Shown here piece by piece: positions 1 through 8,907 of a stretch of DNA of 64,000 bases. Source of the DNA: an uncultured Desulfobacterales bacterium (lineage in GTDB: Bacteria; Desulfobacterota; Desulfobacteria; Desulfobacterales; Desulfosudaceae); contig CAZWCS010000005.1 of NCBI GenBank assembly GCA_964632805.1, forward strand, positions 943-64,942. The letters are read 5' to 3'. Below the pieces are notes generated by a model that did no database searches, was not told the DNA's origin, and worked only from the letters and a program-made list of their open reading frames with translations. How positions within the stretch are numbered: the first letter of the stretch is position 1; each line of letters starts with the position of its first letter. Made by a program: the position numbers and the translations under genes.

Positions 1-107
1 GAACGGCTTCATTGTTGACCTGCGATCTGTCCCTGGAATATGTAACAATTAACTCGGACTATCGCTCTTGAGTGCAAAAAACGGAAATCCTGCGAGGATG
101 ATGGCGG

Positions 108-860
108 ATGCGCCTGCAGAAATTTCTTTCCGCGGCGGGGATATGCTCCCGGCGTCAGGGAGAAAAATATATCGAAAACGGCGAAGTGACGATCAACGGC
201 CAGGTCGTTACCCGGCTGGGAACCCAGGTGGACCCGAAGACGGATCGGGTGGTGTTCCGGGGAAAGCCGGTGCGGCTGGCGCAAAAGCCGGTCTATATTC
301 TTTTGCACAAACCGGCCGGCTATGTCACCAGCCGGCATCAGAAGCAGGAAAAAACCGTTCTGGCCCTGGTGGATGTGCCGCAGCGGCTGAATCCGGTGGG
401 TCGGCTGGACAAAGATTCCACGGGACTTTTACTGTTGACCAATGACGGGGCTTTGCATAACCGCCTGACGCATCCTTCCTATGATCATGAAAAAGAGTAT
501 GAGGTACGAGTGACGGCGGCGGTCAGCCGGGAAGATTTGACCCGACTGAGAGATGGTGTTTTTCTGGACGGCAAAAAAACCCGACCGGCGAAAGTGGCCC
601 GCGTCTCTTCCCGGTGTTTCCGCATCACTTTGCAAGAAGGGCGCAACCGGCAGATTCGCCGCATGGCCGGGGCGATAGGCCACCGGGTGGTGGCGCTGAA
701 ACGAATCCGGATGGCAAGCCTTGACTTGGGGGAGCTGCCGGAAGGAAAGTGGCGACACCTGACCGTTGCAGAACGAAAAAGGCTGTTAAAAAATGAAAAC
801 AGAGGCGAAAACGGGCGGAAAGCCGGTGACAGCCACAACTCAGATCTGGGCGGAGATTGA
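108..860 (+). CDS. RsuA/RluB-family rRNA pseudouridine synthase with N-terminal S4 RNA-binding domain
   Basis: 250-aa ORF. S4-like N-terminus MRLQKFLSAAGICSRRQGEKYIENGEVTING. Catalytic-loop motif GRLDKDSTGLLLLTNDG. GAGGA lies about 9 nt upstream of ATG 108. Confidence 0.85.
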   Translation: MRLQKFLSAAGICSRRQGEKYIENGEVTINGQVVTRLGTQVDPKTDRVVFRGKPVRLAQKPVYILLHKPAGYVTSRHQKQEKTVLALVDVPQRLNPVGRLDKDSTGLLLLTNDGALHNRLTHPSYDHEKEYEVRVTAAVSREDLTRLRDGVFLDGKKTRPAKVARVSSRCFRITLQEGRNRQIRRMAGAIGHRVVALKRIRMASLDLGELPEGKWRHLTVAERKRLLKNENRGENGRKAGDSHNSDLGGD

Positions 861-1971
861 CCTGCAGGCAATCGCCGCCAACGTAAACGGGCTGAAGGCG
901 CTGGTCGGTCCGAAATGCGATCTGATGGCAGTGGTCAAAGCGGATGGCTACGGACATGGCATCAGTGAGGTCTCCCGCGTGGCCCTGAAAAACGGGGCCA
1001 CGGCGCTGGGAGTGGCCCGGCCGGAAGAAGCAGTTTTTCTGCGACAGCAGGGCATCATGGCACCCATTCTGATTCTGGGATATACGCCGCCGGAATCGTT
1101 TGCAGATATGCTGGCGTTTGATATATCTGCTACCATTTTTTCCTATGAACAGGCCGCGGCGCTGTCGGCGGCGGCGGCCGGTGCCGGCAAACGGGTCCGC
1201 TCCCACCTTAAACTGGATACAGGCATGGGCCGACTGGGCATTACAGTAGCCGGCAGCCGGGGAATTGATCCCGAAAGTATCCGGATAAGTGAGGCTCTGG
1301 CCGCTTTACCGGGATTGCAGCTGGAAGGGGTATATACCCATTTCGCCACCGCCGACAGCGAGAGCAAATCCGGCGCCAAGACCCAGTTCGCCCTGTTTCA
1401 GGAATTTATCAGGGTACTGAAAGAAGACGGCCTGCAGAATCTTACACGTCACGCCGCTAACAGCGCCGCGGTTATTGATATGCCGGAAACCCATCTGGAT
1501 ATGGTCCGGTGCGGCATTGCCATCTATGGCTTGTACCCCTCGGCAGCGGTAGATCGGCGGCAGCTGGCCCTGAAACCGGCCATGACCCTCAAAACACGGA
1601 TTATACAGGTAAAGCAGGTGCCGGAAGGGTTTCCAGTCAGTTATGGCGCCACTTATAAAACCGATTGTCCCACCACCCTGGCGGTGGTGCCGGCCGGTTA
1701 CGCAGACGGCTATAACCGGCAATTTTCCTCCTGCGGCCGGATGCTGGTGGCCGGACAGCGGGTGCCGGTGGTGGGCCGGGTCTGTATGGACTTAACGGTT
1801 TTGGATGTCGGCCAACTGCCGTCAGTGTCGGTTGGTGACGAGGTCGTCATCTTCGGCGCGCAGGGCCGGGAGCGGCTGGATGTGGCGGACATGGCCGCGC
1901 AGCTGGGAACCATCAGCTATGAAGTGATTTCTACGATTACCGAGCGGGTGCCCCGCATCTATCTGCAATAA
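793..1971 (+). CDS. alr: alanine racemase
   Basis: 392-aa ORF. PLP-lysine motif VVKADGYGHG, and N-terminal IWAEIDLQAIAANV typical of Alr. ATG 793 overlaps the upstream gene by 68 nt, so the exact start is uncertain. Confidence 0.85.
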   Translation: MKTEAKTGGKPVTATTQIWAEIDLQAIAANVNGLKALVGPKCDLMAVVKADGYGHGISEVSRVALKNGATALGVARPEEAVFLRQQGIMAPILILGYTPPESFADMLAFDISATIFSYEQAAALSAAAAGAGKRVRSHLKLDTGMGRLGITVAGSRGIDPESIRISEALAALPGLQLEGVYTHFATADSESKSGAKTQFALFQEFIRVLKEDGLQNLTRHAANSAAVIDMPETHLDMVRCGIAIYGLYPSAAVDRRQLALKPAMTLKTRIIQVKQVPEGFPVSYGATYKTDCPTTLAVVPAGYADGYNRQFSSCGRMLVAGQRVPVVGRVCMDLTVLDVGQLPSVSVGDEVVIFGAQGRERLDVADMAAQLGTISYEVISTITERVPRIYLQ

Positions 1972-2060
1972 TTCAAACTTTATTTCAACGACAAATGCCT
2001 TCCGAAAAGCCCCTCGCAAAAAAACAAGAACCGGGGCAAACAAGTTTAATCCCGGAATTC

Positions 2061-2219
2061 TCAATGGTTAAATTTTCTTCCGAATTTTATTTCCGACAAA
2101 ATTATCGGATAGACGGCTTGGTAAATTGCCTCCGCCACCAGAAAATGCCCCGCCTTGTTCCAGTGACGGGTGTCAACATATAATGAAAAAACAGGAAATA
2201 ATTTTTTGAATATATTCAT
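2061..2219 (-). pseudogene. possible relic: C-terminal fragment resembling block V (DxxH) of an SGNH/GDSL-type hydrolase
   Basis: My own translation of the minus strand gives a 52-codon ORF, too short for the supplied track: MNIFKKLFPVFSLYVDTRHWNKAGHFLVAEAIYQAVYPIILSEIKFGRKFNH. DTRHWNKAGHFLVAEAI resembles the Asp/His catalytic block of SGNH hydrolases, but the rest of such an enzyme is absent. Confidence 0.25.
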
Positions 2220-2384
2220 TGCGCCAGCCGGCAATTATTTTTTTATATATTCTTTTTCCCGGAAAGACGGCTGCTTGGGGAAAGTGCGCGTAATCAGCGG
2301 TTCCTTATCTATACTATAACGTATGTATCACGTTTTATTTTCGTTGTTCAACACATTCTTGGTGTTCTTTTTTCGTGTTGACAT

Positions 2385-2405
2385 TGATGCCTGATTCATG
2401 CATCA
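2385..2405. promoter_or_regulatory. inverted repeat TGATGC-N9-GCATCA just upstream of vapB, candidate autoregulatory operator
   Basis: Arms at 2385-2390 and 2400-2405 are reverse complements. A TTGACA hexamer lies at 2378-2383, and the vapB ATG is at 2414. Confidence 0.3.
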
Positions 2406-2413
2406 TAATACAT

Positions 2414-2605
2414 ATGAGAACGACCATAAACATCGACGATAAGATGCTGGAAAAGGCCTCGCAGCTGACGGGGATTACGGAAAAAACCGCCCTGGTGCGT
2501 CTGGGGCTGGAGGCGTTGATCGCCCGAGAGAGCAGCAAGCGGCTTGCCAAATTGGGGGGGGCCGAAAAAAGCCTGCGTTCCATCCCCCGGCGAAAATCCG
2601 CCTGA
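2414..2605 (+). CDS. vapB: type II antitoxin, VapB-like
   Basis: Internal ATG 2414 gives MRTTINIDDKMLEKASQLTGITEKTALVRLGLEALIARES, a typical VapB-family N-terminus. The PIN toxin gene follows 8 nt downstream. Confidence 0.8.
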   Translation: MRTTINIDDKMLEKASQLTGITEKTALVRLGLEALIARESSKRLAKLGGAEKSLRSIPRRKSA

Positions 2606-2613
2606 AAACCGTT

Positions 2614-2979
2614 ATGATTCTTGTTGACACTTCCATCTGGGTCGCCCATCTGCGCCAGGGGGACCCGGTGCTGGAAACATTGTTACTGGAGGCGGACGTT
2701 GTCTGCCATCCCTTTATCATCGGGGAACTGGCCTGCGGCGATTTGAAAAACCGCCGGGAAATCCTGTCCCTGCTTGGGGCTTTGCCCGCTGCTCCCGTCA
2801 TTGATCCGGGAGAAATTTTGTTTTTTATTGAACAGAATCGGCTGATGGGGCTGTGTATTGGACTGGTTGATGTGCATCTTCTGGCCTCGGCCCGGTTGGC
2901 CGGCGTTTGGCTGTGGACAAGGGATAAAAAGCTGAAAGCTGCGGCAGAGCAGCTTCAACTGGCCCTCACCGGACGATAG
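2614..2979 (+). CDS. vapC: type II toxin, PIN-domain ribonuclease VapC
   Basis: 121-aa ORF starting MILVDTSIWVAHL (conserved PIN Asp at position 5). Size and position immediately after the antitoxin fit VapC. Confidence 0.85.
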   Translation: MILVDTSIWVAHLRQGDPVLETLLLEADVVCHPFIIGELACGDLKNRREILSLLGALPAAPVIDPGEILFFIEQNRLMGLCIGLVDVHLLASARLAGVWLWTRDKKLKAAAEQLQLALTGR

Positions 2980-3130
2980 CCGTTTGCCGGGTCTGCGGAA
3001 AAATTTTTCATCGGGCCGATTTTATAAGCCCCAAAAGGGCTGAAATCATATTATAAGTCCTTTGGTTTCCGCGCGCGGGATACGGATTCTCCGGGGATGT
3101 ATCAAATGATTCCGTAATTTCCAATAAAAA

Positions 3131-4858
3131 TTGTGGCGGTCAGAAAGGCTTTTGAATAACAAAAAAATCATCTATCGCCTGGTTCAAGAAACAACCCGGC
3201 AGCAGACCGGGTTTTTTGTGGCCAAGCCGGATGCGCCCTTGGCGCTGGAAGAGGGGCTCGCGCTGCTCAAGCAGCGGCCCATGGATGACTTTCTGCATCA
3301 GCATGTATTGACGCAGATCGGCAAGCTGCCCAGGGACGAATTGGAGAAGTTTGCTGAGCAAAGTGACACAGGCAGTGATCCGATCTGCCGGGCGCTGGTG
3401 GCGGAGTACCTGTTTTTGACCAGGGGCCGGAAGTGTCTGGAAAAACGGTTTTCCCTGGAGGAAATTTGCCAGCTGTGCCGGCATACGCCGCTGGTTTATC
3501 TGCGTTCTTTTGTGGAGCCGGATCAGGTGCTTCATGGTCAGTGGATCGCTTTTTTCCGGGAAAACATCCAAGAACATAAGCCGCTGGCAGTTCCGGATAA
3601 AACCGGCCTTTTGCCTTTGAAATCTGACAAAGCCCCGCCGCAAAAAACAGTTACCATTGCCGAACTGGCGGAAAGAACTGCTCTCAACGAGCCGGCGATC
3701 GCGCATGGTTTTTCTCCCGACCAGACCGCCGACACCGCCGAAAAACGCCTGGTGCAGGCCGGGGTTGAGCTGGGGCCGCTCATGCGTCACCAGTCCAGCT
3801 TGAGCCCCATCGGTCTTTTGCGGACCTGGCGGTTTGCCATCCATGTAAACAACCGGCGCAACCAGTTCACGCTTTCCGGGGAACAGACCAGCTACGGCCG
3901 GGGATTGGATTTGGATATTGCCCGGGCTTCACTGATGATGGAGATCGCAGAACGCTGCTCCGCCTTTGCCTCGGTATCGGAGCATGGCCTGGAAAATTAT
4001 CAGCACGATTACCCGTTGCGTCTGGCATCCTTCAGTGAATGGGCAAAAGAAAACATTGCGGCTGTCAATCCCGCGGAGCTGGCCCTGGAAGTGTCATACC
4101 GGGACCAGCCCTTGCACTGGGTGCGGGGAGAAGCACCAGATCGGGATAAAAACAGTCGGCCGATATGGGTCCCGGTCCAGTGTCTGTTTTTGTTCTGCAA
4201 TCTGGATGAACCCTCGCTTTTTTCCGGGCTCGGCTCCACCGGGCTGGCCGCGGGCAATACACTGGTCCAGGCCAAAGTTACCGCCCTGCTGGAAATTGTG
4301 GAGCGCCACCAGGCCGCCACCGTTCCTTATGACCTGTCTACCTGTTTTCATCTTGTATCCCGGGACCCTCAAATTGCCGCGTTGCTGGAAGCCTACCGTC
4401 AGGCCGGCGTCAATCTCTTGTTTCAAGACATAACTTCGAAAAACGGCATTCCCTGCTGCCGCTGCTTTGTGGTTGAAAAAAGCGGTGACGTCCATGTCGG
4501 CGCGGCCGCCCACCTGGATGCCCGGCGGGCCATTGTTTCGGCCATCACGGAAACTACCTGCCCGTTTCCCAAGGCACCGGCTACAACACCCGCGCCGGAA
4601 AACCTGACGCTGGTGGGGTATGAAAACCTGTCGGATTTTTCCACGGGCGATGCCGTCAACGACCTGGCGCTGCTGGAATCCCTGTTGATCCGGAACAATT
4701 GTCAGCCCTGCTATGTGGAGCTGACCCGGGCGGACATCGGCCTGCCGGTGGTCAAGGCCATTGTGCCGGGCATGGAGATGCTGGGGGATTTTGATGACTG
4801 GTCCCGGGTCCATCCGGATTTGTATGAAAATTATTTAAAAATATTTGATGATTTGTGA
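3131..4858 (+). CDS. YcaO-domain protein (ATP-dependent backbone-amide-activating enzyme family) with about 200-aa N-terminal extension
   Basis: 575-aa ORF. YcaO-like core: SGEQTSYGRGLDLDIARASLMMEIAERCSAFAS ... GLGSTGLAAGNTLVQAKVTALLEIVERH ... GLPVVKAIVPGME. The start is uncertain: TTG 3131, in-frame GTG 3218 or ATG 3281. The hairpin at 3193-3217 argues for a downstream start. Confidence 0.8.
   Translation: MWRSERLLNNKKIIYRLVQETTRQQTGFFVAKPDAPLALEEGLALLKQRPMDDFLHQHVLTQIGKLPRDELEKFAEQSDTGSDPICRALVAEYLFLTRGRKCLEKRFSLEEICQLCRHTPLVYLRSFVEPDQVLHGQWIAFFRENIQEHKPLAVPDKTGLLPLKSDKAPPQKTVTIAELAERTALNEPAIAHGFSPDQTADTAEKRLVQAGVELGPLMRHQSSLSPIGLLRTWRFAIHVNNRRNQFTLSGEQTSYGRGLDLDIARASLMMEIAERCSAFASVSEHGLENYQHDYPLRLASFSEWAKENIAAVNPAELALEVSYRDQPLHWVRGEAPDRDKNSRPIWVPVQCLFLFCNLDEPSLFSGLGSTGLAAGNTLVQAKVTALLEIVERHQAATVPYDLSTCFHLVSRDPQIAALLEAYRQAGVNLLFQDITSKNGIPCCRCFVVEKSGDVHVGAAAHLDARRAIVSAITETTCPFPKAPATTPAPENLTLVGYENLSDFSTGDAVNDLALLESLLIRNNCQPCYVELTRADIGLPVVKAIVPGMEMLGDFDDWSRVHPDLYENYLKIFDDL
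3193..3217 (+). terminator. intrinsic-terminator-like hairpin (7-bp GC-rich stem, 7-nt loop, T6 tract)
   Basis: AACCCGG (3193-3199), loop cagcaga, CCGGGTT (3207-3213), with the T run continuing to 3217. It lies inside the first 30 codons of the TTG-initiated YcaO ORF. Confidence 0.5.
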
Positions 4859-4907
4859 TTGACGACTTTTTACGAGGGCATCAAGATTTGGATGGGCGAT
4901 AGATCCA

Positions 4908-6062
4908 TCAGGCATCGCCCCGCAATTTTTTGACTGCCTGAGTGACAATATCAATAGTGCGGTCGATCTCTTCCATGGTGGTCATGCGGCCGGTGGAAAA
5001 GCGCAGGGTGCCTTTGGCCCGGTCTTCGGGCAGGCCCATGGCGGTCAGCACGTGGGAAATACTCACCGTGTCGGAATGACAGGCCGCCCCGGCCGAGGCC
5101 GCTACTTCCAGCCCGATCTCTTCCAGCAGCCGGTCCGCCGCAATCCCCGGAAAAGCAATGCTCAAAGTATTGGGCAGGCCTTGCTGTAAAGTGCCGTTAA
5201 TTGTTACGCCAGGGAGGGCATCAATTAATCCCTGGGCCAGCCGGTCGCGCGTGGACTGCATGCTGGTCTTGTTCTGTGCCAGATGTTGCCGGGCAAGGTG
5301 GCAGGCCGCGCCCAGCCCTGCAATGCCGGCCACGTTTTCCGTGCCGGCCCGACGGCCGCTTTCCTGCCCGGCACCGTGACAGAAGATGTCCGGAACCAGA
5401 CCATCCCGGATATACAGGACACCTACCCCCTTGGGAGCATAAAGCTTGTGTCCGGCCAGAGACAGCATATCAACGCCCAGTGCCTGCACATCTGTCGGGA
5501 TTTTGCCCACGGACTGGGCCGCGTCGGTATGAAAGACAATCCCCCGCTCCCGGGCCAGGGCGGCGATTTCCGCAAGGGGCTGGATCGTGCCCACCTCGTT
5601 GTTGGCGTGCATGATCGTGATGACAATGGTTTCCGGGGTGATGGCCGCCGCCACCTCCGCCACGGAAACCCGGCCTTTTTCGTCCACCGGCAGATAGGTG
5701 ATGGAAAAACCGTGACCGTCTAAAAACGCACAGACTTCAAGGACAGCCGGATGTTCGATTTGACAGGAGATGATGTGCCGGCCTTGGCCCGCTTTGGCCG
5801 CGGCCATGCCTTTAATGGCATGGTTGTTGGACTCTGTTCCCCCGCTGGTGAAAATGATCTCTTTGGGTAAGCAGTGCAGCAGTTCCGCCACCTGCCTGCG
5901 GGCGGTTTTCACGGCCTGGGCGGGGACGATACCGTACCAGTGGGAGCTGGAGGGGTTGCCGAATTCCCTGGTAAGAAAGGGTTCCATGGCGGCCAGCACC
6001 GCCGGATCCAGCGGAGTGGTACCGTTATAGTCGAGATAAACGGGCCGGGTATCAATGGTCAT
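4908..6062 (-). CDS. cysteine desulfurase, NifS/IscS type (class V aminotransferase)
   Basis: ATG 6062 gives MTIDTRPVYLDYNGTTPLDP. PLP-Lys motif SLAGHKLYAPKGVG and active-site loop SAGAACHS. A GGA-containing RBS lies upstream. The longer ORF to 6188 has a non-homologous N-terminus. Confidence 0.85.
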   Translation of the reverse strand: MTIDTRPVYLDYNGTTPLDPAVLAAMEPFLTREFGNPSSSHWYGIVPAQAVKTARRQVAELLHCLPKEIIFTSGGTESNNHAIKGMAAAKAGQGRHIISCQIEHPAVLEVCAFLDGHGFSITYLPVDEKGRVSVAEVAAAITPETIVITIMHANNEVGTIQPLAEIAALARERGIVFHTDAAQSVGKIPTDVQALGVDMLSLAGHKLYAPKGVGVLYIRDGLVPDIFCHGAGQESGRRAGTENVAGIAGLGAACHLARQHLAQNKTSMQSTRDRLAQGLIDALPGVTINGTLQQGLPNTLSIAFPGIAADRLLEEIGLEVAASAGAACHSDTVSISHVLTAMGLPEDRAKGTLRFSTGRMTTMEEIDRTIDIVTQAVKKLRGDA

Positions 6063-6203
6063 AAGGGCCGTTTCCTTTATTTGTCTCCCGCCGCGAATTG
6101 GCCGGTAGCGGTGTAAATTCGCCGGAAAAACCTGGCTTACGAATTGGCACCCATTAAAACAAGCTGTCCCTGCTGACCACAGGGACAATCGATTTTGGAA
6201 AAC

Positions 6204-8021
6204 CTATTTTCCGCCAAAGGCCTCTTCGGAAATGGTCACCGCGGCGTCTCCGCCCGCTTCCACGGCCGCCAATTTTCCCAGGGTAACCGGCAGGAGGTTG
6301 CGGATGAAATAGTCGGCGCTTTTGACCTGCCCTTCATAAAAGGCCGCATCCTTCTTTTTGGCCCCTTCCGCCAGGCGCTCGGCGGCAACAGCGGCCCGGT
6401 CCAGCAGCATCCAGGCCATGCAGATGTCGCCCATAGCGGTTAAAAACGGAACAGAATGGGCAAAGGCGGTCCGGAAGGCGTCCGACATGGCGGTTTCCCC
6501 CAGCTTGCGGGCGCATACCCCCAGCCGATCCAACGCCTCGGCGGTTTGGCTCGCCAGCGGGGCCAACCCTTCCAATTTTCCGGCCCGATCGCAGACAGCC
6601 TTCATTTCCCGGAGCAGGCCCAGAAAGATCTGTCCCTGGTCCATGCCCAGCTTGCGGGCCAGCAGGTCCATGGCCTGAATGCCGTCGGTGCCTTCATAAA
6701 TGGAGGTGATTTTACAGTCCCGGGAAAGCTGTTCCACCGGATAGTCGCAGGTGTAACCCGCTCCGCCGTAAACCTGGATGGCGGTGGTGCAGACATCATA
6801 GCCTTTGTTGCTGTTGTAGGTTTTCAGTACCGGGGTCAGCAGCCCCACCAGGCCATCATAGAGTTGTCGTTTTTCCGGATCGCCGCTGTTTTCCGCCAGA
6901 TCCATGCAGCGGGCCACATAATAGGTCAGGCTGCGCATGCCCTCCACATAAGCTTTCATTTCCAGCAGCATGCGCCGCACGTCGGGATGATGGATAATTT
7001 CCACCGGCGGGGCGTCGTGGTTCAGAGCCTGGCTGATATCCCGTCCCTGCACCCGCTGCCGGGCATAATCCAGGGCATAGAGGTAGGCGGCGGAGCCGTG
7101 GGCCAGGGCCTGGAGGCCGACCCCAAGGCGAGCCTCATTCATCATGGTAAACATGATGCGCATGCCTTTGTTGACCTCCCCCAGCAGCAACCCGCGGCAC
7201 TTGCCCTTGCCGCCCAGGGTCATGCTGCAGGTGGCGCTGCCGTGCAGGCCCATTTTTTCTTCAATGCCCGTACAGACGATGTCGTTGGGTTCGCCCAGGG
7301 AGCCGTCCTCGTTGACCCAGATTTTGGGAACGATAAAAATGGAGATGCCCTTGGAGCCGGCCGGTGCCCCTTCAATGCGGGCCAGTACCGGATGAATAAT
7401 GTTTTCCGCCAGATCGTGTTCGCCGGCGGTAATAAAAATTTTATTGCCGCTCAGTAAATAGGTGCCGTCGTCGCTGGGCACGGCGGTGGTAGTCAGGGCA
7501 CCCACATCCGAGCCGGCTTCCGGTTCGGTCAAGAGCATAGTGCCGCACCAGTGGCCGGTGTACAGGTTTTTCAGAAACAGTTCTTTCTGTTGGTCGGTGC
7601 CATACAGCTCGATCATTTTGCCCGTACCGTGGCCGAGCATGGAGTAACTGGCAAAAGCGAAATTGGTGCCGGTGAGAAATTCCTGGGCGGCGGTGGCGAT
7701 GAGCTGGGGCAGGCCCTGACCGCCCAGTTCGGGGTCTTCGGTCATGGCGCCCCATTCTCCCTCCCGGGCCAGTGCAAAGGGCCGGCGATAACATTCCGGC
7801 GGGCGGACGTGGCCGTTTTCAAAGCGGGCGCCTTCCCGGTCGCCTTCGGCATAGGTGGGCAGAATTTCTTTCAAGGCGAAATTGCGGGCTTCGGCCAGTA
7901 CCATGCGGAACATTTTGGGGGTAAATTCGGCGAATTTGTCACAGACGGTCAGGTCACCGGCCTGTAACTGTTCAAACAGCGCAAACTCCATGTCGCGGAT
8001 GTCGGCAATTGTCTGGGCCAT
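6204..8021 (-). CDS. large (605 aa) acyl-CoA dehydrogenase with C-terminal extension
   Basis: ACAD motifs: GSDVGALTTTA, KIFITAGEHD, YGGAGYTCDYPVEQLSRDCKITSIYEGTDGIQ. AAGGAGG RBS before ATG 8021. Confidence 0.85.
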   Translation of the reverse strand: MAQTIADIRDMEFALFEQLQAGDLTVCDKFAEFTPKMFRMVLAEARNFALKEILPTYAEGDREGARFENGHVRPPECYRRPFALAREGEWGAMTEDPELGGQGLPQLIATAAQEFLTGTNFAFASYSMLGHGTGKMIELYGTDQQKELFLKNLYTGHWCGTMLLTEPEAGSDVGALTTTAVPSDDGTYLLSGNKIFITAGEHDLAENIIHPVLARIEGAPAGSKGISIFIVPKIWVNEDGSLGEPNDIVCTGIEEKMGLHGSATCSMTLGGKGKCRGLLLGEVNKGMRIMFTMMNEARLGVGLQALAHGSAAYLYALDYARQRVQGRDISQALNHDAPPVEIIHHPDVRRMLLEMKAYVEGMRSLTYYVARCMDLAENSGDPEKRQLYDGLVGLLTPVLKTYNSNKGYDVCTTAIQVYGGAGYTCDYPVEQLSRDCKITSIYEGTDGIQAMDLLARKLGMDQGQIFLGLLREMKAVCDRAGKLEGLAPLASQTAEALDRLGVCARKLGETAMSDAFRTAFAHSVPFLTAMGDICMAWMLLDRAAVAAERLAEGAKKKDAAFYEGQVKSADYFIRNLLPVTLGKLAAVEAGGDAAVTISEEAFGGK

Positions 8022-8079
8022 GGGTTGCCTCCTTACGGGTTTGGTGGTTGCATGGAAAAATTTGTATAAAATCGCATTT

Positions 8080-8757
8080 TCATGCTGTCTCGGCTAAGGG
8101 GTGGGCATATACCACCACCTGCTCCGGTGGAACAAAGACGGCAGTCAGACGAAATTCAAGATGAGACATGGCCGCTTCGGAGGCCAGCAGTTTCTTTTCC
8201 AGGCCGGTTTTTATGGTATAGGCCACCCGGGTGCTGGCCTGAGAGCCTTTTTTCCAGGCCTCTTCGATAACTTTCGTGACCGCCGGATACTGGCGGAAAA
8301 TATCCCGGCTGCTCTTGCCGATGATAACGGCCAGCTCTTCCCGGGCGGCCTGCCGCCAGGCAGGGTCGGTGTCTATCAGCAGAAAATTTTTGCCCTTTTT
8401 TTGCCAGGTGGAAATCAGCGGCGATTGACCGCTGCCGGCATCCACGCCGCTGCTCATGATCTTTTCCACCGATTCCGGGCGCATGATGCCGTACTCATGG
8501 TAGAAGGTCTCCACCCGGGCCAGCAGGGACGCCGGGGTCAAGTCGAAAAAGCTTGCGGCCTTGCAGATATCGGTCAAAGACCAGCGTCGTTTGCCCTGTT
8601 TGATTTTACGAAAGGTACGGCCGTCGGTCTCGTTTTTGCCCAGGCCGGCGCGGCGACTGAAATGGGTTTCCCGGATGCCCCGTTCCTGGAGCTGATGAAT
8701 GACCCACTGCGTAATGGCGGCTTCATAAATCCGACTGTCAAAAATATCAGATGTCAT
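8080..8757 (-). CDS. putative transcriptional regulator (HTH-like N-terminus plus uncharacterised C-terminal sensor-like domain)
   Basis: 225-aa ORF between the ACAD and acyl-CoA synthetase genes. The N-terminal segment FSRRAGLGKNETDGRTFRKIKQGKRRWSLTDICKAASFFDLTPASLLARV looks XRE/HTH-like. No family is confidently recognised. Confidence 0.45.
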   Translation of the reverse strand: MTSDIFDSRIYEAAITQWVIHQLQERGIRETHFSRRAGLGKNETDGRTFRKIKQGKRRWSLTDICKAASFFDLTPASLLARVETFYHEYGIMRPESVEKIMSSGVDAGSGQSPLISTWQKKGKNFLLIDTDPAWRQAAREELAVIIGKSSRDIFRQYPAVTKVIEEAWKKGSQASTRVAYTIKTGLEKKLLASEAAMSHLEFRLTAVFVPPEQVVVYAHPLAETA

Positions 8758-8907
8758 AGGGAAAACGATATGACACTTTTTTCCCTATGTCAAGGGAAAA
8801 AACTTCTTGACAGGCCGGGTCCGCCTGCTATCGTGGGGAAAACTGTTGAGCGCTTCGCACACGAAGGCATAAAAGGGATTTCATATTATTTTTTCGTTTT
8901 GTAAAAA

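Noticed and set aside
1995-2183. 62-aa plus-strand ORF after alr
   Set aside because: It has no RBS and no recognisable features. The opposite strand gives a more meaningful, though fragmentary, SGNH-like translation.
2378-2409. TTGACA ... CATAAT as a vapBC promoter
   Set aside because: The spacer is 20 nt, too long for a standard sigma70 promoter. Only the inverted repeat is reported.
6456-7457. 333-aa plus-strand ORF antisense to the large ACAD
   Set aside because: Shadow ORF with no motif support.
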